In this document: positions 22,956 to 35,094 of the stretch, one piece after another | Layout of the letters: each line of letters begins with the position of its first letter | Numbering within the stretch: the stretch's first letter is position 1 | Source of the DNA: Malacoraja senta | Lineage: Eukaryota | Direction: 5' to 3' | Assembly (NCBI GenBank): GCA_038087875.1 | Contig: JAXLNO010000033.1 | Span: 124,001-188,000 of the forward strand | DNA length: 64,000 nucleotides | Notes under the pieces: model-generated | Database searches by the model: none | Told to the model about the DNA's origin: nothing | The model's input: only the letters and a program-made list of their open reading frames with translations | Translations under genes and position numbers: made by a program

Positions 22956-24293
22956 AAGGCAAAGGCAAATTTATTTGTATAGCACCATTCGTGCAAACAG
23001 CAATTCAAGGTGCTTTACAGGAAAGAAAAAATAAAATAGTCAATAATTAAAAATTGCAAAATAAGCAATACGACAAATGTATGAATAATAAAACAACGTC
23101 AATGAAGCAATAAAACAATTTTTAAAAGCACATAAAAGGGTTAAAATTAGACGGTTAAGATTACCTGCATGTCGGGTTATGGAAAAGCTCTAGTAAACAA
23201 CAGTGTTTTAAGGCCTGATTTAAATGCGCTTACAGTCTGTGCCCACCTCAGGTGTTCAGGGAGCTTGTTCCACAGGTGTGGAGCATAAAAACCCAATGCT
23301 GCTTCAGCCTTTTTAGTTCTGACCCTGGGAACACAGAGTAAACCTGTCCCTGAAGACCTGAGGAGTCTAGGCGCCTCATATACAACAAGTAGGTCAGAAA
23401 TGTATTTTGGACCTAGACCATTCAGTGCCTTGTAGGTCAGTAACATAATTTTAAAATCTATCCTCTTACACACAGGGAGCCAGTGCAAAGATTTAAGGAC
23501 AGGTGTAATGTGGTCCATTTTCTTGGTGTTGGTCAAGACTCTGGCAGCGGCATTTTGGATAAGCTGCAGTTGTTTAATTGATTTTTTATTGAGACCTGTA
23601 AAGATGCCATTACAATAATCTAACCTACTAAAAATATATGCATGAACAAGTTTTTCAGTGTCTTTGGACAGAAATCCCTTGATTCTTGCAATATTTTTTA
23701 GATGGTAATAGGCAGATCTGGTAATGGTCTTTATATGGCTGATAAAATTCAAATCCGAGTCCATAACTACACCAAGGTTTCTGGCTTTGTCTCAAGGTTT
23801 TCAGTGCAATTGAGTCGAGTTGAGCACTCACCTCTAGCCTTGTTTTTTTGGGACCAAAGACAATAATTTCTGTCTTATTTGCATTGAGCTGGAGGAAGTT
23901 CTGGTTCATCCACTCATTGATATGTTTGACACATTGGCTCAGTGAGTGTAGGGGACTATGGTCATGTGGTGACACTGCGATATATAGTTGTGTGTCATCG
24001 GCATAAGTGTGGTAGGATATGTTAAAATGCTCTATGATCTGAGCTAGGGGGAGCATATAAATGTTGAACAAAATGGGTCCAAGAATGGAGCCCTGAGGAA
24101 CCCCGCATGTGAGTTTTGTACGTTCTGATTCAGAATTACCAAGGGAAACAAAATAATCCCGATCTTTCAAGTAAGATTTGAACCAGGCCAGCACAGAACC
24201 GGAGAGTCCCACCCACTTCTCCAGTCTGTCAAGCAGTATGTTGTGGTCCACCGTATCAAAAGCAGCACTGAGATCTAGAAGTACCAAAACTGA
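22956..24293 (-). mobile_element. L2 LINE, 5'-truncated RT and 3' end
   Basis: LLDLSAAFDTVDH, GVPQGSILGP, YADDTQLY, SRLDYCN, LHWLPV; (TTTGCC)n tail; TSD AGGGAGGCA at 22947-22955 and 24294-24302. Confidence 0.95.
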
Positions 24294-25169
24294 AGGGAGG
24301 CAGCGAAGGTCGGCATCATCGGTGAGGCAGTAAAGGTCGGCGGTCCCGGTGAGGAGGTGAATGTCGGCGCCAGTGGCAGTTGTGGCCCCGGGGAGGCAGT
24401 GAAGGTCGGCGGCAGCGGCCCGGGGAGGTGGTGAAGGTTGATGACGGCGGCATCTTCGGTGGTCCGCGCCTGGGATGGGCCAGTCTGGAGGCGAGCAAGT
24501 TTGCGATCCTTTGTGGAGTCCAGGTAGGAAAGGAAGCGTTTGTTGAGTCAGGTAGGAAAAGGAAGTGTTTGTTGAGTAGGTTGGAAAGGTGCTGATCTTC
24601 TCTCTGCATATTCATTACAATCTCTTCTTGGTTCAATCATCTGGTACAGTTCCCGGAACAGAACAACCACCAACATGTGTGCCGACAAACAGGTGCCATG
24701 GGGTAACATCCTTGGTTTATCTGAAAAACAAAGTAATAACTGCTCTTATTTTCAGTAAAATATCTTATTCGTGCTGTGTAAGTTTTCCAGAATGTAAACA
24801 GACAGACACTGACTGTCCCTGTATTGAGACCCAATTCCATCCGCAAGAATTTCCGCCAGTTGCAGAGGGCTACTTGAGTAGTGTACCCATACTTTGCCAC
24901 CCCTCGACATTTTGGAAGATGTAGCGTGAAGTTGGTGTTATTAGAATTCATCATCATATTGCTGGTCAGAGGCACCAGCAGTGTCCCTGACTTCACACAT
25001 CCTGCAAGGGACACACTGCAAAGAACTGCCTGCCATTACCACTGCAGCCAAATTACCAATTAAATAACAAGACACACGCACAGAATTGATTGAAACTTAT
25101 TCCCCTAACTGCTGCTGATAGCCTCCTCACCGAAGACTATCGAGCCAAAGACTTGCACTTTATTTCATT

Positions 25170-25245
25170 TCAATCTGAAGAAGGGTCTCGACTCGAAACA
25201 CACCAATTCCTATCCTGAGATGCTGCCTGAGTAACTGAGTTGTCT
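25170..25245 (+). mobile_element. Short PLE terminal fragment with degenerate hammerhead core
   Basis: CTGAAGAAGGGTCTCGACTCGAAACAC followed by the GAGATGCTGCCTG motif. Confidence 0.7.
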
Positions 25246-25494
25246 ATCTTCATGCACGTTCTAAGGTTTAACGTGGCTCATACACAAAGTCATTATCCCC
25301 CTACACTACTATGCCAGTGGTCTGGGCCCAGTATTGGTGGTCACTGTGATTTTTGCATATATCGGTCTATTGCCTCTGATTCTTCCACTCTTATTTTAAT
25401 CTTGATATTGAGTCAGTTATGGATTTGAAACAAAAGCTTTACAGTGTACATCGGTACACGTGACAATAAACAAAGCTCTTGGTCTCCAAAATCG

Positions 25495-25970
25495 CAGCCT
25501 TCTGGCTCTAATAACAAAACCAAAGTACTCCATATCCCGTCCTTTTGACTCTAATCTTACTTCATCAGTCAGATGTTGGTATTTCTGACTCTTCTCTTGC
25601 CCGGACTTGGTGAGAGATTGGTTGTTGTTTTCAAACCTATTGGTGACATCATCTACAGCAACCGACTGGCCTTTCACAAATACCAAATCCGGCTTCCAGA
25701 GTGCACCATCATCAGATCTTTGGTGTTGCTCAACAGTGGTAGACCAACCATATTTGCTCACTTTTTCCTTGGGACACCCTGCTATTTTATTGTGTCTATT
25801 CTGGCATTTTTCACACTGGGGCACTGACCGGAGATATGTGCCAACGTTTCTCTGGACTCTTCACACCTCCTGCACGTTTTGATGGCATGAGCCCTTCCAT
25901 GGCTTATGGTGCATCTTGTTGGATACAGATTGCAACTTAGCAAGAGACCGTTAATGTAATGGTTTGCCTC
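25495..25970 (-). mobile_element. R2-like retrotransposon C-terminal fragment (CCHC plus restriction-like endonuclease)
   Basis: NLYPTR...CRRCEESRETLAHISGQCPSVKNARI, RHNKI, WKPDLVFVKG..VDDVT.RFE, EK.QKY, FGFVI.AR in ORFs 25782-25979 and 25417-25824. Confidence 0.85.
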
Positions 25971-25971
25971 T

Positions 25972-27445
25972 CTACTCATTCAAGCAGGCTGGAGAGGCAT
26001 TCTTAGGCACTGGTACAATGTTGGATCTTTTGAAGCAGGCAGGGACCATGGACTTGGTCAGCGAGAGGTTAAATATTGTGGTGAGCACTGGAGCAAACGG
26101 ATTAGCACAAGTCTTTAGTACTCGCCCAGATATAACATCTGGGCCTACAGCTTTCCACGTGTTCACACGCGTCAGTGCCCACCTCACGTCGTGCTCGGAC
26201 ACCGAGAATGTTCGCACATCCGCAGCGGTGCACCTCTTTCGAACCTCGCTAGCCAGCGCGCTGGCGGTGTTGTCAGCGGGCGAGCTAGGGGTGATGTTGA
26301 CCATCTCGAATCGTGCATAAAAAGAGTTCAGGTCATCAGCGAAGGAGGTGCCGGCACTCCCAGTTGAGGGGAGGCTGCTCTGGTAGTTAGTTATAGTCCA
26401 TAGCCCCTGCCAAAGGCGTCTGATGTCCTGCTGCTCCATCTGCGACTTCATCCTGTCCCTGTACCTTCTTTTTGCGTACTTCACCGCCCTTCGCAGTCTG
26501 TACGACTCTACCTTGTAGTCGTCCATATTGCCAGGCTGGAGTTGCAAGCAGCGGTGCGGGCATTCAAGGCAACATGAATGGACCTGTCCACCTAGGGTTT
26601 TTGATTAGGAAAGATGCTATCCCTTATCGTGGGGATGATGTTATCGGCTATTGTTGGAATGAAGTTCGTGACCGCTTCCGCAAACTCACTGACGTCTCTG
26701 GAACTTGTTTGGAACATATTTCAGTCAACATCGGTCAGTGCATCCTGCAGCATGGCCTCTGAATGGTCAGACCACCACTTTACGTCCCTCATCACTGCTG
26801 CTTCCCGAACTATCCATTGTTTATACTCCAGCAGCAGGAAAATGGCAGTGTGGTCAGATTTTCCAAAAGGAGGAAGAGAAACGGCCTTGTAGCCTTTCCT
26901 GAACGCCCTGTAGCAGTGGTTCAAAGTTCTTTCCCCCATGGTGATGTGTTGGCAGAAGTTAGGCATAACCTTTTTGAGTTTTGCCTTATTAATATCCCCA
27001 TCATGAGATCGGCAGGTGCTCCAGGTCCGGCGAGCAGAAACGAGAAAGCATCTTAATATTCCTAGGGTTGCACCAGTTATTGATGGTGATGAAGCAAACT
27101 CCTCTACCCTTTGATTTCCCACCTACAAAGCCCTCAACCACTTGCCCCCCCCCTTATCTCACTGACCTCCTCTCCCCCTACCAACCCTCACGGTCCCTCA
27201 GATCCACATCAGCCGGTCTCCTCTCCATTACGAAATCTTCCGTTCTGTCCGCACGGAAAACAGAGAAGGATTCGGTTGGGCAAATTACTTAATCCGGCAC
27301 CAGCGGGGTCAGCCATGCCTCGGTCAGACAGAAGATGTTGCATTCACTTGTGCCCCGCTGGAATCTAATCCTCGCCCTGAGGTCATCCATCTTGTTCTCC
27401 AGGGACTAGATGTTAGCCAGAAGGCCGCTGGGCAGAGGTGGACGG
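25972..27445 (-). mobile_element. Rex1/Babar LINE fragment (APE to start of RT)
   Basis: SLENKMDDLRAR, PPFGKSDH, RRLWQGL, LNSFYARFE, KAVGPDVISGRVLKTCA, IVPVPK..SPACLN. Confidence 0.85.
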
Positions 27446-28932
27446 AATAATAATAATAATAAAACATTTTATTTGTATAGCGCTTTTCAAGGACTCAAAG
27501 TCACTTTACATTGAGAGTCAAAAACAAAACAAAATAGAGCAGTAAGACAGAGATGCAAAGGGGAGGGGGTCATGTGACTAAGGGTATGCAGAGGTGAAGA
27601 GATGGGTCTTGAGGCAGGACTGGAGGATGGTGAGGGACTTAGAATTTCGGATCAATTGTGGGAAGGTGTTCCAGAGCCTGGGAGCTGCCCTGGAGAAGGC
27701 TCTGTCTCCAAAAGTGCAGAGGTTGGATTTCGTAATGGAGAGGAGACCGGCTGATGTGGATCTGAGGGACCATGAGGGTTGGTAGGGGGAGAGGAGGTCA
27801 GTGAGATAAGGGGGGGCCAAGTGGTTGAGGGCTTTGTATGTGAGGACCAGGATTTTGTAGATGATCCGGTGGGAAATGGGAAGCCAGTGAAGTTCTTTGA
27901 GAACTGGGGTGATGTGGTGCCAGGATTTGGTGTGGGAGATGAGTCGGGTGGCTGCATTCTGGACCAGTTGGAGTCGGTTGATGTTGCTGGAATTAATGCC
28001 AAAGAGAAGAGAGTTACAGTAGTCCAGTCGGGAGGAGATGAAGGCATGGATGAGTCTTTCAGCAGCGGGGGGTGTGAGAGAGGGTCTGATTTTGGCAATG
28101 TTGCGGAGGTGATAAAATGATGTTTTGACAACATGGCGGATGTGAGGCTCAAGGGAGAGGGTTGAGTCAAAGATCACGCCAAGGTTGCGGGCCTGAGGAG
28201 ATGGGGAGACAGTGGTGCCGTCAATAGTGAGAGTGGGGTTGTTAATTTTGGTAAGTGTTGATTTGGAACCAATGAGGAGAAATTCTGTTTTGTTACTGTT
28301 TAATTTAAGGAAGTTGAGTTGCATCCAAGATTTGATGGCTGACAGACAGGAGTTGATATGGGAGAGAGGGGGGTGGTGGGGGGACTTGGTGCTGAGATAG
28401 ATCTGGGTGTCATCAGCATAGCAATGGAAGTCCAGGTAGAAGTGACGGAGTATATGACCAAGGGGGAGGATGTAGATGATGAAGTGGAGGGGACCGAGAA
28501 TGGAGCCTTGGGGAACGCCTTGAGAGACAGTGGCTGTGGCAGAGGTGTGGTTATGGAGAGAGATGAAGTGGGATCGGTTGGAAAGGTAGGATCGGAGCCA
28601 GCTGAGTGCAGAACCTTCAATGCCAAGGTCTTTAAGTCTGGTAAGCAGGATGTTATGGTTCACGGTATCGAAGGCTGCACTCAGGTCGAGGAGGATGAGG
28701 ATGTTGAGGGAACCAGTGTCAGCAGAGGTGAGGAGGTCGTTGAGGACTTTGAGGACAGCAGTTTCTGTGCTATGGAGGGGGCGAAAGCCAGATTGGAGGG
28801 GTTCGAATAGGTTATACGCGAGGAGGTGGGAATGAAGTTGTGACGCGACGATACGCACCAGGGTTTTTGAAAGAAAGGGGAGGTTTGAGATAGGGCGGTA
28901 GTTAATGAGAGAGGAAGGATCAAGACCAGGAA
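27446..28932 (-). mobile_element. L2 LINE, RT and 3' end with (ATT)n tail; open 426-aa ORF at 27578-28858
   Basis: QSGFRPLHSTETA, LLDLSAAFDTV, GVPQGSILGP, YADDTQIY, SSRLDYCN, LHWLPI, GDRAFS. Confidence 0.95.
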
Positions 28933-29752
28933 GGCTTGGGCTCTTAGCCTATTCCGATTCCCCCCCCCCCCCCACCCGCTTACGTCGATGTTCTCTCTGA
29001 CTTTTTCCCGGAGCCGCGCTCCCATTGTTGCTGGGGCGCGCTCTTGTGATCTCTGCCGGCCACGCTGGATCGGTGAGTAAAAAGCCTTGAGTTCCTCCAG
29101 CACTGATTTTTGCTCAAGGTTCCAGCATCTGCAGAATCTCGTGTCTCAGTCACTGCTCTGTTTTCAACTTTTCGCTTTTACTCTCTTCCTTTTTGCTTTT
29201 TGTTACTATTGCTCCCATTTTACTTTGGTTTGTCTCTCTTCTTTCTCACTTTATCTTCCTCATGTCTCTCATCCTACACTCCCACAACCTCTGCAGTCTT
29301 TATTGCTGTTTAAGGTGACAGGCAACTTTTTTTACTGGTTGCAGTTTGTTTTACACAAAAATAATATTAATCCATTATTTACAAAAATGATATGTACAGT
29401 ACAAAAATCAAACATACCCACCACCATAATATATAGTAAAGCAAATATTCTTAAATACTAAATATTAAATTACTATTTCCCCATCCTTATAGAGGATACG
29501 TTCCACCCCCCGTGGTGCCTAATGGTCCCGGAAATCCCCCAGGGCAGCCGTGGACAGCACCTATTCCCTCTCTAAAACCACCCAGATGCGGACGTGACCC
29601 CGGAAAAGGGGCAGGCAGCCAGCTCGGCAAGAGCCCTCTTCCGCCTGGCGCAAAAGCTAACCTCTCTTCCAGTCTTGATGGATCATCGATACAGGAGGGT
29701 TGTATTTGAAAGAAGGGTCACGAAGAAACAGCTTGACCAGTCAACAATGTTC

Positions 29753-31132
29753 CTAATTGTAGCTGTAGGTTGCACTGCGAGATGAACGGATTACCTCTGC
29801 GGGTGGCTCACACCTGAAACAGGGCTCTGCTGATCCCATCTTGATGGTCATGATGGAACTCAGGGTGACATCCAGACTCAGGGTATTTCTGGTGTCTGTC
29901 TTGTTCAGCCCTATTGCTGAAAATACCCTCTCTGCGTCAGCGTTGCTATGTGGCATACAGAGGACAAGTTGTGCAACCTTTGACACTCAAAGAAACTTGT
30001 GTTGACCAGTCACAGGTTTCTTGAGTGTTGACAAATGGGCCCACAGCTTGTCAGTCCTACTTGTGGTCCTCTCTGCCTCTGGACACCCACTCTTTCCACT
30101 TGCTGGCTGGGATCCCTGTGTCATCCATTAACTGATAGACAGAGAACTCCTCTCCAACCTGGTCCTGTTCTCTGGGGTCCAAGAAAGGTAGGAGATGCTT
30201 GTACCTAAAAACAAGAACACAATTGTGGCCTTAATTAGTAACTCTGCTATCATAAGATCAATGTACACATTTTTGTAGTTGAAGATGTTTTTAGCAAAAG
30301 TCATCTGCAGGGTTTGATGTATATGTTACACCAGCAATCACTTCATATGCTGCAACGCATTGGCTACCATAATGAAGTACATGACTACATTTTAAATGGT
30401 TTTAAAATATGGAAGTCTTATCAAACATTTATGTTTTTTCATCATTTAGTTACCTGCTTTTATAGTTTAGTTAAGCATATACCTGTCTATGAGGTAGAGT
30501 ATGTCACATACTAACACTTCCATCTTCTGGTGCCAGTCAACAAAGGAAACACTCCTCAGCACAGGCTCATCCAGGGGCAGTCTCTCCAGAGCACAGCCAA
30601 CTGCCTTGCAGAAAAAGCCCCTCACTGCCATGAAGAACTTCTTGGCCTGTTGAGGACTGATGTCACCACCCTCCAAACAAACAATTCAGTGTTATCCTTG
30701 TTGTAAAGCCAATACTAAGCTTGTCATCTTCAATGAGAAGTAGAGTACAAGACATTTGTATTGATCACCAACTATTTGTTTAATTCTACACAGAGTTTAA
30801 GAAATATACATTTCATACTAGAATAAATATACTGAGAACCTTCTCCCTCTCTGCATGACAATGTGTCGCTTGATGTCGCTCTGTCCTTGATGAGCACACG
30901 AGACTTGAAGCCTGCATACTTCACACCAGAAATGGAAAGATGTGCTACCCTTCCTGATGAATGGCCACAATTCTCTCCATTCAGACTTGAATGTGCATTT
31001 GTAAAATGCTGCACCAGCTCTGCCTTTTGGATTGAGTCGCCTGACCTTCTTTAGCTTCTTGACACAAGCTTCACTACTATCACTGCTGTCTGTGTTCGAA
31101 GACTCTGTTCCTCTTCTGTGGTTCACCTTCAT
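29753..31132 (-). mobile_element. Intron-containing hAT-type transposase remnant, internally deleted
   Basis: N-terminal zinc finger FKSEW..WPFI...CEVC...SCAHQGQSDIKRH (30818-31132); middle exon ~30483-30730; GT-AG intron ~30205-30482; C-terminal LCMPHSNADAERVFS. No terminal inverted repeats identified. Confidence 0.8.
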
Positions 31133-31499
31133 TACCTGACATCTACAAAATGACAGGAATTAAGAGCGTCATCACTTTGTTTTTTTTCCAGTTATCATTG
31201 CTCATGAAATATGTAATTTAGTCTGCACATGCTACAAAAAAACGTAGGCTCTACAATAAATAAACTATCTTGGAAGGCCGTAGTCTGATTAAAATATATA
31301 TAGCCAGGCCCAAGGGTGGAAAAATCAAGGAAGGAGCTGATTAAGAGTGTGAAAACCCTTTTTCCCCTTATTGAATGTAGAAATACCCAAATGCAGGAGA
31401 TCAGGGGAGGGGTTGTTACACTTATTACCCCCTCCCCCCCCCCCCATCCTGCAAACCTGGCTGTGGCTTATAGAAATGTAAAAGTACTCTTGCTCTCTT

Positions 31500-34400
31500 G
31501 AGGTAGAACTGCATAGTGGGTCTGGCCATACTGATGAAGTCAGTGAGTTCTGCATGGGTGCAGGAGGTAGCACCAATGCAGTCGTCATGTAGCGGAGGTA
31601 GAGTTCGCGGATAGGGCCAGTGTACGCCTGCAACAGGGATTGTTTGACGTACCCTAATTAGAGGCAGGCATAGCTGGGGCCCATGAGAGTGCCCTTTGCT
31701 ACGCCTTGGATTTGGAGGAATGTGTGGAGGAAGAGGGTGTGAGGTTTCTTGGACATAGGTAGGGAGGGATTACACCAGGAAGGATATGATGTAGTCGAGG
31801 TATGTGGAAATTAATTCGGTGGGACATGAACAAGCAGAAACAATGGGTCTGCCAGAACGGTTCTGTTTGTGGATTTTGGGGAGAGGATAAAATCGGGCCG
31901 TGTGGGGCTGGAGAACAATAAGGTTGGAGGCTTTAGACGGCAGAGAGCTGGAAGTGATGAAATCAGTAATGGTGCTTCAGATTAAGGCCTGGTGCTCGTC
32001 TGTGGGGTCATGGTCCAAGGATAAGTAGGAGGAGGTGTCTGAAAGTTGTCGCCTGGCCTCAGTCTGGTAGAGGTCAGCCCGCCAGACTACCACGGCACCT
32101 CCCTTGTCGGCGGGTTTGATTCTCCAGTCGGGTTGCTGCAGAGTGAGCGGAGGGCTGTACATTCAGGGGGGGGGGGATTAGAGTGAATAAGGGGAGTGGA
32201 AAATTTGAGGCGGTTGATGTCCCGCCGCAGTTGGAAATGAAAAGGACTAAAGAAGGTAGAGGGCCATCCGGGTGAATCTAAGAGGAAGGGGTCCATTGGA
32301 GATGGGAGAAGGGGTCATCATTGGGTGATGAGGATGCCTTCCCATAGAAAAAAGCCTGGAGGCGGAGGCGATGGAAGAAGAGCTCCACATCGTGGCAGAC
32401 CCGGAACTCGTTGAGGTGGGGGAGGAGGAAACAAAGGTGAGGCCTCTGCTGAGGACAGACCGTTCCGTATCAGAAAGGAGGAGGTCAGGGGGTGGGGGTG
32501 GTGAATAGACAATAGGTGCAGGAGTAGGCCATTCGGCCCTTTAAGTCAGCACCGCCATTCAATGTGATCATGGCTGATCATCCCCAATCAATACCCCGTT
32601 CCTGCTTCTCCCCATATCCCCTGACTCCGCTATCTTTAAGAGCATTATCTAGCTCTCTCTTGAAAGTATCCAGAGAACTGGCCTCCACCACCCTCTGAGG
32701 CAGAGAATTCCATAGACTCACAACTCTCTGTGTGAAAAATTGTTTACTCATCTCTGTTCTAAATGGCTTATCCCTTATTCTTAAACTGTGGCCCCTGGTT
32801 CTGGACTCCCTCAACATTGGGAACTTGTTTCCTGCCTCTCGCGTTTCCAAACCCTTTATAATCTTATATGTTTCAGTAAGATCCCCTCATCCTTCTAAAT
32901 TCCAGAGTATATAAGCGCAGCCGCTCCATTCTATCAGCATATGACAGTCCCGCCATCCCGGGAATTAACCTTGTAAACCTATGCTGCACTCCCTCAATAG
33001 CAAAAATGTCCTCCTCAAATTGGGGGACCAAAACTGCACACAATACTCCAGGTGTGGTCTCACTAGGGCCCTGTACAAATGCAAAAGGACCTATTTTCTC
33101 CTATACTCAACTCCTCTTGTTATGAAGGCTAACATGCCATTCACTTTCTTCACTGCCTGCTGTACCTACATGCTTACTTTCATTGACTGATGAACAAGGA
33201 CCCAGATCTCATTGTACTTCCCATTTTTCCCAACTTGACGCCATTTATATAATAATCTGCCTTTCTGTTTGTGCTACCAAAGTGGATAACCTCACATTTA
33301 TCTACATTAAACTACATCTGCCATGCATCTGCCTACACACCCAACCTGTCCAAGTCACCCTGCATTCTCAAAGCATCCTTCTCACAGTTCACACTGCCAC
33401 ACAGCTTTGTGCCATTGCAAATTTGCTAATGTTTTTTTGAATCCCTTCATCTAAATCATTGATGTATATTGTAAATAGCTGCGGTCCCAGCACTGAGCCT
33501 TGCGGTACCCCACTAGTCACTGCCTGCTATTCTGAAAGGGACACTTTGTTTCCTGTCTGCCAACCAATTTTCTATCCATGTCAGCACTCTACCCCCAATA
33601 ACATGTGCCCTAATTTTGCCCACCGATCTCCTATGTGGGACCTTATCAAATGTTTTCTGAAAGTCCAGTTGCATTCTCAAAAAATACCAGAAGATTAGTC
33701 AAGCATGATTTCCCCTTCGTAAATCCATGCTGGCTCGGACCGATCCTGTTACTGCAATCCAAATGTGCCGCTATTTCATCTTTTATCATTGACTCCAGCA
33801 TCTTCCCCACCACCGATCTCAGGCTAACTGGTCTATAATTCCCTGTTTTCACTCTCCCACCTTTCTTAAAAAGTGAACACACGGCAGGGGTGGGGTTTGG
33901 GGTCGGATGAGGGCACGTGAGTAGATGAAGGCTGAGGCGATGTCTAGTGGGTGGATGGTGGGTGTTCAGAGAGGAGGGGGGCTTGAGGACTATTGTATAG
34001 GTGGGGAGTAGCTGGGGTCACCGGGCTAAAAGTGGAGGGGAAGACCCAGTGGAACCAGCACTGAGGTTCCCTGTGGGAAGGGGGAGCAGTAAGACCCAGC
34101 ATAGTCAGGGCCCGTGGTGTGAGAGTCTGCATCGTGGAGACTGTGGGCCCGGTGCTGAGACTGGGACTCAGGTAGGGCGACGGCTGCAGCCCACTGGTGG
34201 GCAGTGGAGTGGCGAGGGTCGGCAGAGTTGCTTATGGAGGCCCGCGAGGTGTGTCATCCCGGTCAGCGGACGAAGCGTCGGTAGTCCCGGTCAGCGGATG
34301 GCCGGGGAGGCAACGAGGGTCGGCGTCATCGGTGAGGCGCTAAAGGTCGGCGGTCCCAGTGAATTGGTGAAGGTCAACGACGGCGGCATCTTCGGTGGTC

Positions 34401-34985
34401 CGGGCCTGGGATGGGCCGGGGAGGCGGTGAAGATTGACGGCAGCGGCATCTTCGGTGGTCCGGGCCTAGGATGGGCCGGTCTGGAGGCGAGCAAGTTTGC
34501 GATCCTTTGTGGAGTCCAGGTAGGAAAGGAAGCGTTTGTTGAAGGCGTGGATCTGACATTGGATAAAGTGCAGTTGGGGTCTCTTGCAGGTGTGGGTGAG
34601 TGAACTTTGGGAGAGTCAGAGCGAGGGCCTGTTTGTGCCGGCGCATCGCAGCCGGTGTCGAACGCAGGGCACGGAATGAGAACTGTTGCGAAAAATGGCA
34701 GGTCGGCTCTCGGAACCTATAGTCCGGGGTGGGTCCGAACTGGGATGTCTGGAAGCGGAGCTGGAATCCACGAGGTAAAAGAGGCGCAGGCAAGTCCCGA
34801 GATAACAAATGTGGCTGTGGTAACGGGTCTGGGTTAAGACAAGGTCGGAGGGATGGAGGAATCACAGAGGGGGAGCAGTGAAAGAGGATGTTGCTGAACT
34901 CTCGTCGGAGAAAGGAAGAAAACTTCTTCAAAGTAGACATACCTTGAGGAGATTTTGCAGTGCCGTGGACAAAATGTGTACGAAA
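31500..34985 (-). mobile_element. PLE copy C, from ORF start (MSTLKKF at 34940) into RT, split by CR1
   Basis: [46 protein letters not shown]; collinear with copy B; ~57-bp internal duplication at 34380-34480. Confidence 0.9.
32506..33872 (-). mobile_element. CR1 LINE, 5'-truncated RT and 3' end
   Basis: GNYRPVSL.SVVGK, QHGFTKGKSCLTNL, RTRGHSLRI, FFTQRVV.LWNSLP; TSD GTGAA at 32501-32505 and 33873-33877. Confidence 0.9.
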
Positions 34986-35094
34986 GAATCTGATAATGTT
35001 CTGAACTCTCAGAACGGCCCCGGGGATGATGATGTAAAAAAAAATTCAATTGTTAACAGTAATAATATTTACAAAACAAACACCCACCACCAAT

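Larger units (their letters stand above)
18591..24600 (-). mobile_element. PLE copy B (N-terminal region and RT), split by CR1 and L2 insertions
   Basis: PLE RT motifs [70 protein letters not shown]; collinear with copy C. Confidence 0.9.

Noticed and set aside
28960..29085. CpG-rich patch with a + strand GTGAGT donor as a possible cluster promoter
   Set aside because: Very short, and it lies near the downstream end of the biased block, so it cannot explain the bias over 1-29 kb.
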